A stretch of DNA of 64,000 nucleotides. Origin: a virus. The stretch is from positions 1 to 64,000 of the IMG/VR virus record IMGVR_UViG_3300025141_012985; one strand, 5' to 3'. Positions 28,938-39,900 of the stretch are shown in pieces. The first letter of the stretch is position 1. Each line of letters starts with the position of its first letter. The notes below the pieces were generated by a model. It was not told the origin of the DNA and searched no databases. It saw nothing but the letters and a program-made list of their open reading frames with translations. The translations under genes and the position numbers were made by a program.

Positions 28938-30080
28938 TTGGCAAAAACTAATGATTTTACTAGTGAATTAATTAAGTCTCTTAACAAGGAGCATGGAAGT
29001 CGAGTTGCTTACAATCTAAGCCAAGATGAATCTCCTACACATGTTAATAGGTGGATTAGCACTGGGTCAAAACTTCTTGACTACATTTGTTCAAATAGGC
29101 GCAATGGCGGATTACCTGAAGGGAGAATTATAGAGATCTTTGGGCCGCCATCAATCGGTAAGTCTCACATTGCAACACAGATTGCAAGAACCACTCAGAA
29201 AATGGGAGGAATTGTAGTATACATTGACACTGAGAATGCAACTTCTGTAGAAAATTTAAAGATGCTAGGGGTGGATGTCGCTAGACGTTTTGTATATGTT
29301 GACACCCACTGCACCGAAGAGGTTCTATCAATTGCAGAAGCAACGATAATGAAAGCAAAAGCAATGGATAAAGATCTTCCTGTTACAATTGTATGGGATT
29401 CTGTTGCAGCATCTTCTCCAAAGGCAGAGCTTCTTGGTGACTATGACAAGGAATCGATCGGCTTACAAGCCCGTGCAATCTCGAAAGGTATGAGAAAAAT
29501 TACCGGTGTCATTGCTAATCAAAATGTACTATTCGTAATTCTCAATCAGATAAGAACTAAGATCGGCGTGATGTATGGAGACCCAGACACAACACCCGGA
29601 GGGAAGGCAATTCCATTTCATGCCTCAACTAGAATTAAGCTAGGAGCAGGACAGCAGATTAAAGACGGAGATGATGTAATTGGTATTCATGTCTCTGCTA
29701 AGACTATTAAGAACAAGGTTGCCCCTCCGTTTAGAAAGATTGACTTTGAGATTCACTTTGGTGTTGGGATTAAAGAACATGAGCAGGTCTTCGATCTATT
29801 GAGAAAAAACGGTGCTGAGACAATTGGTAAAAATTATGTAGGTGTTTCTGGAACAGGATCCTGGAAAACGTTCTCTGTGATAGATTGTGATACAGGTGAA
29901 TCCATTATTGAGAAGAAATTTCATAAAGCAAATTTTAATGACATAATGACGAATCCAGAATATTCTAGCTATATTGACGACTTGCTTGAAAAAGCAATGG
30001 TGAAAAAATTTAATCAAGATCCTGATATTGATATTGAATCTTATGAAGAAGTAAGGGCAGTTTCACTTGAAATTGAGTGA
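28938..30080 (+). CDS. recA: RecA/UvsX recombinase
   Basis: GGLPEGRIIEIFGPPSIGKS (Walker A), YIDTE, WDSVAA, NQIR.KIGVMYG.P.TTPGG.A..F, KNKVAPPF. TTG start after GGAG. Confidence 0.95.
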   Translation: MAKTNDFTSELIKSLNKEHGSRVAYNLSQDESPTHVNRWISTGSKLLDYICSNRRNGGLPEGRIIEIFGPPSIGKSHIATQIARTTQKMGGIVVYIDTENATSVENLKMLGVDVARRFVYVDTHCTEEVLSIAEATIMKAKAMDKDLPVTIVWDSVAASSPKAELLGDYDKESIGLQARAISKGMRKITGVIANQNVLFVILNQIRTKIGVMYGDPDTTPGGKAIPFHASTRIKLGAGQQIKDGDDVIGIHVSAKTIKNKVAPPFRKIDFEIHFGVGIKEHEQVFDLLRKNGAETIGKNYVGVSGTGSWKTFSVIDCDTGESIIEKKFHKANFNDIMTNPEYSSYIDDLLEKAMVKKFNQDPDIDIESYEEVRAVSLEIE

Positions 30081-31066
30081 GGTGTGACTTGAGTAAGATA
30101 GAGCCCGTTGTCTTAGTAGACGCATTTAACCTTTTTATGAGGCACTATGTCGCTCATCCTGCCATGAGTGATCAAGGGAATCATGTTGGCGGTATAGTTG
30201 GGTTTTTAAATGCGATAAAGAAGATATGCCTTGAAATGTCACCCACAGACGTTGTAGTGGTCTGGGAGGGAGGCGGCTCTAAGAAGAGAAGGGATATACT
30301 TCCCACCTATAAGATGAGCAGAAGACCTCAAAAGCTAAATCGATTTTATGAAAACGATGATATTCCCAATACAATTGAGAATAGAAATGATCAGATTTCA
30401 TTTTTAATATCGTCGCTAAAGCGTCTACCAGTAATTCAGGTCTACGTTGATAGCTGTGAAGCAGACGATGTCATAGGATATCTCTCAAGATATAAGTTCA
30501 GACATCATAAAAAAGTTATTGTCTCTTCTGATCGAGACTACTACCAGCTTCTAGACAACAAGACAGTCATTTATTCTCCGACGTGGAAGAAATTTGTTAA
30601 TAAAAAGGAAGTTATAGAAAAATTTAGAATAAGTCCGACTAACTTCTGTCTTGCAAAGGCTATATGTGGAGACCCTTCTGACAATATCAAGGGTGTAAAG
30701 GGAGCAGGATTTAAGACAATATCAAAAAGATTTCCTGCACTATCTACAGATGATGACTGCACCATATTAGACATAATTTCAGAAGCCAAACAAAGGGCTC
30801 AAGAGAAGAGATCTCCTAAGATTTTTAAAGAAATAGCTGTGAGTGAGAACATAATTAGAATGAACTGGAAATTAACTTATCTAGACACTTCAAACATCTC
30901 TCACGCACAAATTAAAAAGATTGAAAGTTCAATTGATACTTTTAGCCCTTCACCAAATAAAATATCACTAATCAGGATGATGATAAAGAATGGAATTCAA
31001 AATCTTGATGTTGATCACCTTTTTCTATCAATGAGGAACATTGGAAAACGTAGTAATGATAAATGA
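30077..31066 (+). CDS. 5'-3' exonuclease / flap endonuclease (T4 RNase H, Pol I 5'-exo family)
   Basis: LVDAFN, YK..R, EADDVI, SSDRDYYQL, GDPSDNIKGVKGAG.KT. Confidence 0.92.
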   Translation: MRCDLSKIEPVVLVDAFNLFMRHYVAHPAMSDQGNHVGGIVGFLNAIKKICLEMSPTDVVVVWEGGGSKKRRDILPTYKMSRRPQKLNRFYENDDIPNTIENRNDQISFLISSLKRLPVIQVYVDSCEADDVIGYLSRYKFRHHKKVIVSSDRDYYQLLDNKTVIYSPTWKKFVNKKEVIEKFRISPTNFCLAKAICGDPSDNIKGVKGAGFKTISKRFPALSTDDDCTILDIISEAKQRAQEKRSPKIFKEIAVSENIIRMNWKLTYLDTSNISHAQIKKIESSIDTFSPSPNKISLIRMMIKNGIQNLDVDHLFLSMRNIGKRSNDK

Positions 31067-32450
31067 GTTTGCTTCTAAGGGACCTGCACACTTTAAACAG
31101 TATGGCAAGTCTTTTCAGGAGAAGATCTTTCAGTGTTTAATCACTGACAAGAACTGGTCTACACAAATGTCGGAGGTTATGACGCCGACATATTTTGACT
31201 TAAAGTACCTGAGGTATTTATCAGATAAGTACTTCACCTATTATTTCAAATATAAAGACTTTCCCACTCTACCCCTTTTAATCACAATAGTTCGTGATGA
31301 TCTTAGAGAGGGAAAGGATGTAATTCTTAGAGATCAAATAGTTGAGTTCTTACATAGGATCAGAATGAATCCTGATATAGGAGATCTTAAGTTTGTCAAA
31401 GAAAAGACACTTGATTTCTGCAAGCAGCAGGCAATGAAAGAGGCTTTAGAAGAAGCTGTTGAAAGAATTTCAGATGGAAAGCTTGAGTCAGTGATGGATC
31501 TCATGAGACATGCTCTATCTGTGGGAATGCCTGCATCAATCGGTCATGATTTTATGGAGGATGCAGAGGCAAGGTTTGTTCACATCAGTAGATGTGCGTG
31601 TCCTACAGGGATTCCGCAGCTTGACAAGAAAGATATTTTAAATGGCGGACTGGGACGAGGCGAAATTGGAGTAATTACTGCAAATACGGGTGTCGGAAAG
31701 AGTCACTTTCTTGTTAGCGTGGGTGCGGAAGCGCTTAGACGTGGAAAGAATGTCATTCATTATACATTTGAGCTTTCAGAGACTGCAGTCGGCTTAAGAT
31801 ACGACTCTAATTTTTGTGACATTCCAAGCAATGAAGTTATTGATAGAAAGGAAGAGGTTCTTAAAAAATATGAAAAGATGGATCTTGGCAGGTTAATCAT
31901 TAAAGAATACCCGACCGGATCAGCTACAGTAATGATGATTAGAAATCATCTAGAAAAATTATCGCTGAAAGCGTTTGTCCCAAGTTTGATCATAATTGAT
32001 TATGCAGATATTATGAGATCTTCTAGGAAGTATGATTCGCTTAGACATGAGCTTAAGTTGATTTATGAAGAATTAAGAAATCTAGCCATGGATATGAACA
32101 TTCCTATCTGGACTGCTTCTCAGGCCAATAGAGATTCTGCAAATTCAGACATAGTCGGACTTGAAAATATGTCAGAAGCGTATGGAAAGGCGATGGTCGC
32201 GGATGTTGTTGTTTCAATTTCTAGAAAGCCAACAGAAAAGTCGAGCGGTCTCGGTAGAATATTTATTGCAAAAAATAGAGCAGGAAGAGACGGTATTTTA
32301 TTTCCAATGAGAATGGATACTGCTAGGTCAAAAATCCTTGTTGTCGATAGCGATGATGAGATGACTCTAAGCGAGGCCTTACGGTCAGACAATAATGATA
32401 TGAAAACCATATTGAAGAATAAGTGGAAGGAGATTAACAGTACTAGTTAG
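31056..32450 (+). CDS. Replicative DnaB-family helicase (T4 gp41-like)
   Basis: GGLGRGEIGV..ANTGVGKS, TFELSE, IKEYPT, IIDYAD, WTASQANR, KNRAG. Confidence 0.92.
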   Translation: MINEFASKGPAHFKQYGKSFQEKIFQCLITDKNWSTQMSEVMTPTYFDLKYLRYLSDKYFTYYFKYKDFPTLPLLITIVRDDLREGKDVILRDQIVEFLHRIRMNPDIGDLKFVKEKTLDFCKQQAMKEALEEAVERISDGKLESVMDLMRHALSVGMPASIGHDFMEDAEARFVHISRCACPTGIPQLDKKDILNGGLGRGEIGVITANTGVGKSHFLVSVGAEALRRGKNVIHYTFELSETAVGLRYDSNFCDIPSNEVIDRKEEVLKKYEKMDLGRLIIKEYPTGSATVMMIRNHLEKLSLKAFVPSLIIIDYADIMRSSRKYDSLRHELKLIYEELRNLAMDMNIPIWTASQANRDSANSDIVGLENMSEAYGKAMVADVVVSISRKPTEKSSGLGRIFIAKNRAGRDGILFPMRMDTARSKILVVDSDDEMTLSEALRSDNNDMKTILKNKWKEINSTS

Positions 32451-32485
32451 TCTGCTGTAATTTAAAAATATTGGAGAGATTAAGA

Positions 32486-34948
32486 ATGCACAAGATTGAA
32501 GATGTAATTGGTTCTTCGACAGAGTATTTTGACGGTGACGATCTTGCAGCATCTGTATTTGCTACAAAGTATGCGCTGTGTGACAAGGGAGGAAACTATC
32601 AAGAAAAGACTCCTGATGATATGCATAGAAGACTTGCAAGGGAATTTTTTAGGATTGAATCAAAATATCCCAACCCGCTATCAGAGAGTGAAATCTATGA
32701 GCTTTTTAGAGAGTTTAAGTATGTAGTACCACAAGGGTCTCCGATGTCTGGAATTGGAAATAATAATCAGATTCAGTCTATTTCTAATTGCTTTGTAATT
32801 GAATCACCTAGAGATTCATACGGAGGAATATTAAAGTCAGATCAAGAGCTGGTTCAAATTGCCAAGCGTCGCGGTGGCGTGGGATTCGATATATCTACAC
32901 TTCGTCCAAAAGGCCTACCGACAGGAAATGCTGCAAGAACAACAGACGGAATAGAAGTTTTTATGGAGAGATTTTCAAATTCTACTCGAGAAGTTGCTCA
33001 GGGAGGACGAAGAGGGGCACTAATGATTACAATATCTGTTCATCATCCTCAGATTAGAGACTATATTAATATTAAAAGAGATCGAAAGAAGGTAACAGGC
33101 GCAAATATTTCAATTAGGCTCTCTGATGAATTTTTGACAGCAGTCAAGAATGATGAAGATGTTCACTTGAGATTTCCTGTTGAAAAAGATGTAGATCATA
33201 TCACTGAAGAGTGGGCTAGGGCAAGAGATATTTGGGATGAAATTATAGATGCTGCGCATGACTCTGCTGAGCCTGGGCTGATTTTTTGGGATTCAGTGAT
33301 TAGAAACTCACCAGCAGACGTATATATTGATGAAGGATACAGCACGACTTCAACAAATCCGTGCTCAGAGCTCCCGCTTGCACCCTACGACTCTTGTAGG
33401 TTGATGCTTGTCAATCTTATATCTTTTGTTGATGACCCGTTTACAGAATCTGCATCTTTTGATTTTGAAAAGTTTGGAGAATGTGCAATCAAAGCTCAAA
33501 GACTTATGGATGACATGATAGACATCGAGATTGAGCAAATAGATAAAATTTTAAGAAAAATTAAAAAAGATCCCGAAGCTAAGAACGTTAAAAAGATTGA
33601 AAAAGATCTTTGGCAAACGATAAAAGAAAAGGCATTAAATGGAAGAAGAACGGGATTGGGAGTAACTGCTGTAGGTGATACACTTGCATCTCTTGGAATA
33701 AGGTATGGAAGCGAAAAATCAATTAGTGTAGTTGAAGAAATATACAAAACTCTCGCCGTTTCAGCGTATAAATCTTCTTGTGTGATGGCATCAGAGAGAG
33801 GATCGTTCCCAATTCATGATCATAGTAGAGAGGTTGGTCATCCATTTTTAGAAAGGATTTGGTCTTCATGCAGAGAAACACTTGAAATGAGTAAAACTTC
33901 TGGAAGAAGAAATATTTCAATTTTAACTACTGCACCAGCTGGATCTGTTTCAACTCTAACACAGACAACTAGCGGAATTGAACCAGTATTTATGCTAAAG
34001 TATACAAGAAGAAGAAAGATAAGTCAGACAACTGAGGGAGTTGAGGCTGACTTTATAGATGATCTGGGTGATTCTTGGAAAGAGTATAGTGTGTATCATC
34101 ATGGATTTAAGCGGTGGATGAATAAGACTGGTCTTTCTGAAATTGAAGATTCACCGTATCATATGGCAACAGCAAATGAGATTGACTGGGAGTCAAGGGT
34201 TAAGCTTCAGGCTGCTGCACAAAGATGGATTGATCATGGAATATCTTCTACAATTAACCTTCCCAATAATGCCACTGTCGATGAAGTAAAGAAGATTTAT
34301 GAATCAGGCTGGGAGCTGGGATGCAAGGGGCTGACTGTATACAGAGATGGATGTAGGACAGGAGTCTTAATTGGAGAGGAAAGCGAAGAAGATCAGTCGT
34401 TTAAGACGCACGAAGCACCATTCAGACCATCAGAGCTCGAATGTTCAATACACCATGCAACAATCAAGGGTGAAGCGTGGACTATTCTTGTTGGGTTAAT
34501 GGGTGGAAGGCCATATGAGGTTATGGGAGGTCTCCAGAAGTACATAGAGATTCCTAAAAAGTATAGAAAGGGTATAATCATCAAGCATCCGTATAAGACA
34601 AAGAACTCTAGATATGATCTAAGGATAGGTGGAAATGGTGACGAGATTCTCATAAAAGATATAGTCGACGTATTTGACAATCCAAATCACGCAGGATTCA
34701 CAAGAACTATCTCGCTAGCACTAAGACATGGTGCACAGATTAATTATGTCGTTGAACAGCTTCAAAAAGACAGAGAGATGGATATGTTTTCATTCTCTAG
34801 AGTGATTGCAAGAGTTCTAAAGACGTATATCCAGGACGGAACATCTCCGGGAAAAAATACTTGTGAAAGCTGTGATGCAACAGACTCTCTAAGATATCAG
34901 GAGGGCTGTGTAACATGCATGTCCTGCGGATATTCAAAATGCTCTTAA
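32486..34948 (+). CDS. nrdJ: Class II (adenosylcobalamin-dependent) ribonucleotide reductase
   Basis: SNCFV, RGGVG, GGRRGA, TNPCSE, APAGSVS..SGIEP, KGLTVYRDG, C-terminal Zn ribbon (CESC...EGCVTCMSCGYSKC); no adjacent NrdB. Confidence 0.9.
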   Translation: MHKIEDVIGSSTEYFDGDDLAASVFATKYALCDKGGNYQEKTPDDMHRRLAREFFRIESKYPNPLSESEIYELFREFKYVVPQGSPMSGIGNNNQIQSISNCFVIESPRDSYGGILKSDQELVQIAKRRGGVGFDISTLRPKGLPTGNAARTTDGIEVFMERFSNSTREVAQGGRRGALMITISVHHPQIRDYINIKRDRKKVTGANISIRLSDEFLTAVKNDEDVHLRFPVEKDVDHITEEWARARDIWDEIIDAAHDSAEPGLIFWDSVIRNSPADVYIDEGYSTTSTNPCSELPLAPYDSCRLMLVNLISFVDDPFTESASFDFEKFGECAIKAQRLMDDMIDIEIEQIDKILRKIKKDPEAKNVKKIEKDLWQTIKEKALNGRRTGLGVTAVGDTLASLGIRYGSEKSISVVEEIYKTLAVSAYKSSCVMASERGSFPIHDHSREVGHPFLERIWSSCRETLEMSKTSGRRNISILTTAPAGSVSTLTQTTSGIEPVFMLKYTRRRKISQTTEGVEADFIDDLGDSWKEYSVYHHGFKRWMNKTGLSEIEDSPYHMATANEIDWESRVKLQAAAQRWIDHGISSTINLPNNATVDEVKKIYESGWELGCKGLTVYRDGCRTGVLIGEESEEDQSFKTHEAPFRPSELECSIHHATIKGEAWTILVGLMGGRPYEVMGGLQKYIEIPKKYRKGIIIKHPYKTKNSRYDLRIGGNGDEILIKDIVDVFDNPNHAGFTRTISLALRHGAQINYVVEQLQKDREMDMFSFSRVIARVLKTYIQDGTSPGKNTCESCDATDSLRYQEGCVTCMSCGYSKCS

Positions 34949-34965
34949 AGGAATAATATTTTACA

Positions 34966-35568
34966 ATGAAGTGGACGACAAAAATATCTCCCCTCGTTAA
35001 AGAGGTGGAGCTGAGAAAGAATCCAGTAATTATTACTGTTAATAAGTTTGATGAAAAATCAGCAAAAGAGTTTCAGCAACAAGTAGCACAAGCACACAAT
35101 ACAGGTCAAAAAGTGATCCCAGTAGTTATTGACTCGTACGGAGGCCAGGTCTATAGCCTTATGTCAATGATAAGTGCAATTTCTCATTCAGAGCTACCTG
35201 TTGCAACTATTGTTGAGGGAAAGGCAATGTCATGTGGTGCCATCCTCTTCTCTTTTGGTGAGCAGGGAATGAGGTTTATGGATCCTGACGCTACAGTCAT
35301 GATTCATGATGTGTCTAGCATGGCATGGGGAAAAGTTGAAGAAGTGAAAGTCAGTGCTGATGAAACAGAAAGGCTAAATCAAAAAGTCTATACAATGATG
35401 GCGAGAAATTGTCGAAAGAAGGATGATTACTTTCTAAAGATTGTACATAGAAAAGGACATGCAGACTGGTTCTTGGACGCTGCTGAGGCTAAAAAGCATG
35501 GAATGGCAAATCAACTAAGAGTTCCTAAGGTTAATATCAATGTTTCTGTTGACATAGACTTTGAGTGA
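34966..35568 (+). CDS. clpP: ClpP-family serine protease
   Basis: IDSYGG.V, GKAMSCGA (catalytic Ser), VMIHD (His), DWFLDA.EA...G. Confidence 0.88.
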   Translation: MKWTTKISPLVKEVELRKNPVIITVNKFDEKSAKEFQQQVAQAHNTGQKVIPVVIDSYGGQVYSLMSMISAISHSELPVATIVEGKAMSCGAILFSFGEQGMRFMDPDATVMIHDVSSMAWGKVEEVKVSADETERLNQKVYTMMARNCRKKDDYFLKIVHRKGHADWFLDAAEAKKHGMANQLRVPKVNINVSVDIDFE

Positions 35569-35571
35569 AAG

Positions 35572-36492
35572 ATGGATAAAGTATTTTATAACAAGTCATC
35601 TGCATCAAATCTAGGCTGGGACCCTAGTTGGTTCGGATGTGAATATTTTGATGACACTCTAACATCAGCTGTCAGAAAGTGGCAAAAAGAAAATAGACTA
35701 ACAGCTGACGGCCTGGTGGGTCCGACTACATACAGAAGGATCTGGACTGAGAGAGAGTCAGAGATATCTACATTTAAGCCATCAAGTAGAAATTTTGATT
35801 CCAATAGGTGGATAGTTCACAATGGAAGGTTTATCCCAATTGAATGGAAAAAGGTTGTTCTTTGGGATGAGAACGGAGGTCTCGATACAAAGAAGGGTAA
35901 TTATTATGACTACTCTGGAAAGGCAGAAAGAAAGCCTACATTCTTTGTTAATCACTGGGATGTCTGTCTATCTTCAGAGTCTTGTGCCGGAGTTCTAAAA
36001 AGAAGAGGTGCGTCCGTTCACTTTTGCATCGATAACGATGGAACAATTTATCAGCTTTTAGATACACAGCATGCAGCTTGGCATGCCGGAGGTCAAAAAT
36101 GGAATCAAAAATCTATTGGTGTGGAGATATCAAATGCATATTATACAAAGTATCAGAGCTGGTATGAAAAAAATGGTCTGGGACCTAGACCAGTTCTGGA
36201 GGATTCATGGACCCATGGGAACAAGCATAAACCTCATCTCGGATTTTATCCAGTACAGATTGAGGCAGCACGAGCACTATGGAAGGCAGTCCACATCGGA
36301 TTCGGAATCCCACTAGAATGTCCGCTAAGGGATGGCCAGATGATGACGGGTGTGTCTTCAGAAGCTGCTAAGGGAAAATTTGAAGGATTTATTCATCATT
36401 ATCATCTCACAAGAAGGAAGATAGATTGCGGAGGATTTGACTTAGAATCCAACCTCCAAATTGTAAGACAGTCACCTATGTATTGTTTATAG
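35572..36492 (+). CDS. Endolysin: peptidoglycan-binding domain plus N-acetylmuramoyl-L-alanine amidase
   Basis: AVRKWQ..NRL.ADGLVGP.T (PG_binding_1); VNHW, SVHFCID, AWHAGG..N..SIGVE, HH.H....K.DC (Amidase_2). Confidence 0.88.
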   Translation: MDKVFYNKSSASNLGWDPSWFGCEYFDDTLTSAVRKWQKENRLTADGLVGPTTYRRIWTERESEISTFKPSSRNFDSNRWIVHNGRFIPIEWKKVVLWDENGGLDTKKGNYYDYSGKAERKPTFFVNHWDVCLSSESCAGVLKRRGASVHFCIDNDGTIYQLLDTQHAAWHAGGQKWNQKSIGVEISNAYYTKYQSWYEKNGLGPRPVLEDSWTHGNKHKPHLGFYPVQIEAARALWKAVHIGFGIPLECPLRDGQMMTGVSSEAAKGKFEGFIHHYHLTRRKIDCGGFDLESNLQIVRQSPMYCL

Positions 36493-36496
36493 TTTT

Positions 36497-36913
36497 GTGA
36501 GAAATAAATTGGAACTTGTATCGACACATGTTTGTAAGACACAAAATCTCGGTATGCACGGTAATCTCTTCGGCGGAGTAATGCTTTCTTGGCTAGATGA
36601 AGCTGGAGCAGCATTCACATCACAGGTGTGTGGAACACCCAGAATGGTGACTAAGTCAATTTCTGAAGTAGTCTTTCAGAAACCAGTTAGAGCTGGACAG
36701 ATCATTAAGATATATGCTGATGTTGTAAGAATTGGAGAATCATCAATTACAATTAGGCTGGAAGCTAGAAGACATAGTGTGTATAACGGATCACAGAGGA
36801 ATGTTGTCTCTGTTGATATGGTTTTTGTCAGAATAGACGGCGATGGTGAGCCTGTTCCAATTAAGACGATTAGGTCTGACTATCAGAATAGAAGATCTGA
36901 AAAGGAACAGTAA
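36497..36913 (+). CDS. Acyl-CoA thioesterase (YciA-like hotdog fold)
   Basis: HGNLFGG.MLSWLDEAG, VT......F.KPV..G, V.R.G.SSI, FV.ID..G.P.P. Confidence 0.88.
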   Translation: MRNKLELVSTHVCKTQNLGMHGNLFGGVMLSWLDEAGAAFTSQVCGTPRMVTKSISEVVFQKPVRAGQIIKIYADVVRIGESSITIRLEARRHSVYNGSQRNVVSVDMVFVRIDGDGEPVPIKTIRSDYQNRRSEKEQ

Positions 36914-36993
36914 GCTTTTTTAACAACAGAGGATAAAGATGGTACTTTTATGAAACATCTGTGATCTTTTTTGTTATCATCTCGGGGTAAAAA

Positions 36994-39900
36994 ATGACAG
37001 CCGTTAGAGTTACCGAATCCTCAGGGTCTGTTGGGTCTATTCAAATTGCTGACGGCTATGGCGGATTTCTATCTGGGACCCTGAAAGCTGGAGATAATAT
37101 CACAATAGCAGACATGGGTTCTGGATCTTTTGCAATATCAGCATCGATATCAGCAGGGTCCACAATCGGTACTGCAGAAGATAGTGACTATTCTGATGGG
37201 CTGTTTTCCAGTTTTACCTCTTCGACAGAAATAGGTACAGCAATTGATAAATTTAATGAAGTTCTAAAGGCTCTGGCTCCTGATCCCGGTCCAGACTTAG
37301 ATGACATAAGCTCTAAAGATACAGGAACTACTGGAATTCTTTCCTTTGGATCGAGTAATAATCAATCTTCTGGTTCTCCTGCATATATTAGTGTATCAAC
37401 TTCCGCTGGACTTTCTGCTGTTGATGTAAATGGATCTTACGCAGTAACGACTAGCAGCAACAATATACGACTTGGTGTTTTTGACGGTGATACACATGTG
37501 AGCGGTGTTTTAAATGCAGATGTAGGATCAAACAGTCAGGGAAATAGCGTACAAAATTATCCTGAATTCTCTTTTGGAAATGGTGAAACAGGAGTTCTCC
37601 GTCTTGAGGTTAACGGATCTACAATTAAGGAGATTGATCTAACTACTGCAACCATTGGAAGCGGCACATCAGGATTGGGAACAGGATCATACCTTGATTC
37701 GAACGGCTCGGGCTTTAATTTTTTCTCTACTGAGTCTACAGGAACACTTTCAAATGGAAACTCTTTTGCATCCTTTAAGCACAGAACTGGTCAATTTGTT
37801 GTAGCGTCCGGAAGCCAAAGACGTGGATGGAACTATGCTAGAGTTTCACATGTTATGACCGGAACAACGTCAAATACAAACTATGTTGAGTGGGTTAATG
37901 ATGATAACGCTGATTCACTGGCTGCAGCAGGAAATGAATTATCTTTCGTAGGCTCTGGCAGCATTCATCTATCTGGAATTGAATACTTTCAAAGCGGCAC
38001 AGCGACATATGCTGCTAGAGTTACGAACGCATACAAGTATGTTTATGATAATACTGATATAACTTTTACAACTTCAAATAGCGCCGCAGCAAGTTCAAGC
38101 CCATCATTCTCAATAAGTGCACAGTCAAAGCCCACGATAGGCGGAGGCGAAACACACGCAAAGGTTCTTCACATAACTGGATCTGGAGCTGTAACTTCAA
38201 ATTACTTTATAAGCGGAGCATTAACAACTGGGATCAACGTTACACATCCACTTAAGTCTAATCTTTCAAATAGTGGTCAGGCATCCACCACCGGAATATT
38301 GATGTATAATCTATCTAATACATCAACAGCCCAATCAGAAACTCTTAGAAGAGAAGACTATAGAATCGTTAGCGGTGCATATAGCACTCAGGCATCTCTA
38401 ACTAATTCTGCAAATAAATGGGATTCAGAGAAGCACATAACAGGATCCAACGGTGGTCATAGCAATGGATTACAATTCTACAATTCTAGGCTTTATTCTC
38501 CAACTAGCACATTAAGATCGGGTGATTTTAGAGATTCCTCAGAGAGCGGAAAGCTAGATAACTCTCCGCCTGGAAATCCAAATTATTCTGGAGAGTCTGG
38601 ACAGAGAACATTTTATAGATGGTTTAAAAATGAAACTGGATCGACAAAGTACGATCTGACGATTGCAATTAACGGATCCGGAACGACAATTGTTACAGCT
38701 GCGACAGCACTTAATAGTGGGAGAATTAGAGTTTTTGTTAAATTCCCGTCAGATGGAACTAGGGAGACTGGCTGGCTTGATTTAGCAACTGAGTTTGTCC
38801 TTGATGACTATGATGACAATGATGGTGCACATACAGCAAACGGCGCGTTAAGTTTTGACAGCAGCCTAAATGCTACAAACTATGTTACGCTTGGCACAGT
38901 TGGGATCGGAGATGATGAGTATATTGGACTAAGAATTGAAGCAGATACAGGATGGACCGGCTACATAAGTCAAATTACTGTAACATTCGGTGCTGGAACA
39001 GGCACAATATCAGCGGTTCCAGATTTAGATGACATTGACTGTAATGACGATGGAACAGATTGCAATCTTTCTTTTGGATCTTCAAAGTCAATATCTGGAT
39101 ATACAGATGTAGGAACAGCTGCCGGATTTTCTGCTACAGACGTTAATGGGAAATACCAGACCGCCGCTTCTTCAAATAATTTAAGAAGATCTGTCTTTGC
39201 GCTTGATACAATCGTTGAAGGTGATTTAAATGAGGATGTTTCTGCAACCTCTCCTGACTATGTTGCAAATTCATTCTCTGATGCAAATAGCGGTTCATTA
39301 GTCTTAGAGATAAATGGTTCTGATGTTCATACAGTTAGTTTAGCAGGTGCATATAATAACGTCGGTGCCGGAGAACCAGGCTCAGGAACAGGCACATCGT
39401 TTACCAGTAATAGCGGATTTTTTGACTTAAGTGTCTGGAGGCCTGCAGAGTGGGATAATGAAGTTCCCTATTATCCTGAGACACATAGGACAGGAAAATA
39501 TAGAGTACATACAGGACATCAGCGAAATGGATGGAATTATGCAAGAGTAAAGCACGTTGGCACCTGGGGAACAAGAACAACAAATTATGTTGAATGGGTA
39601 AATGACAGTGATTCAAATGCACTAAGCGCGGATGGGTTGACTCTACAGCCCTTTGGAGATGATAATTTGTTTTACCTAAGCGGTGTAAAGTATTTTATTG
39701 AACCGAGCGGGAGTATCGAAGTCAGGGTTTCAAATCTATATAAAAATGTTTACTCAGATAGCAATTCAGCAATATCATTTACAAACCTGACAAATGCGAC
39801 AGGTGTAAGGATTATTCAGGCAGGAACCGGTCTATCATCGACAAAGTCAACTAACTCTTCTACAGATAGTCTTCAAACACTAAGCACCACAGCAAATTCT

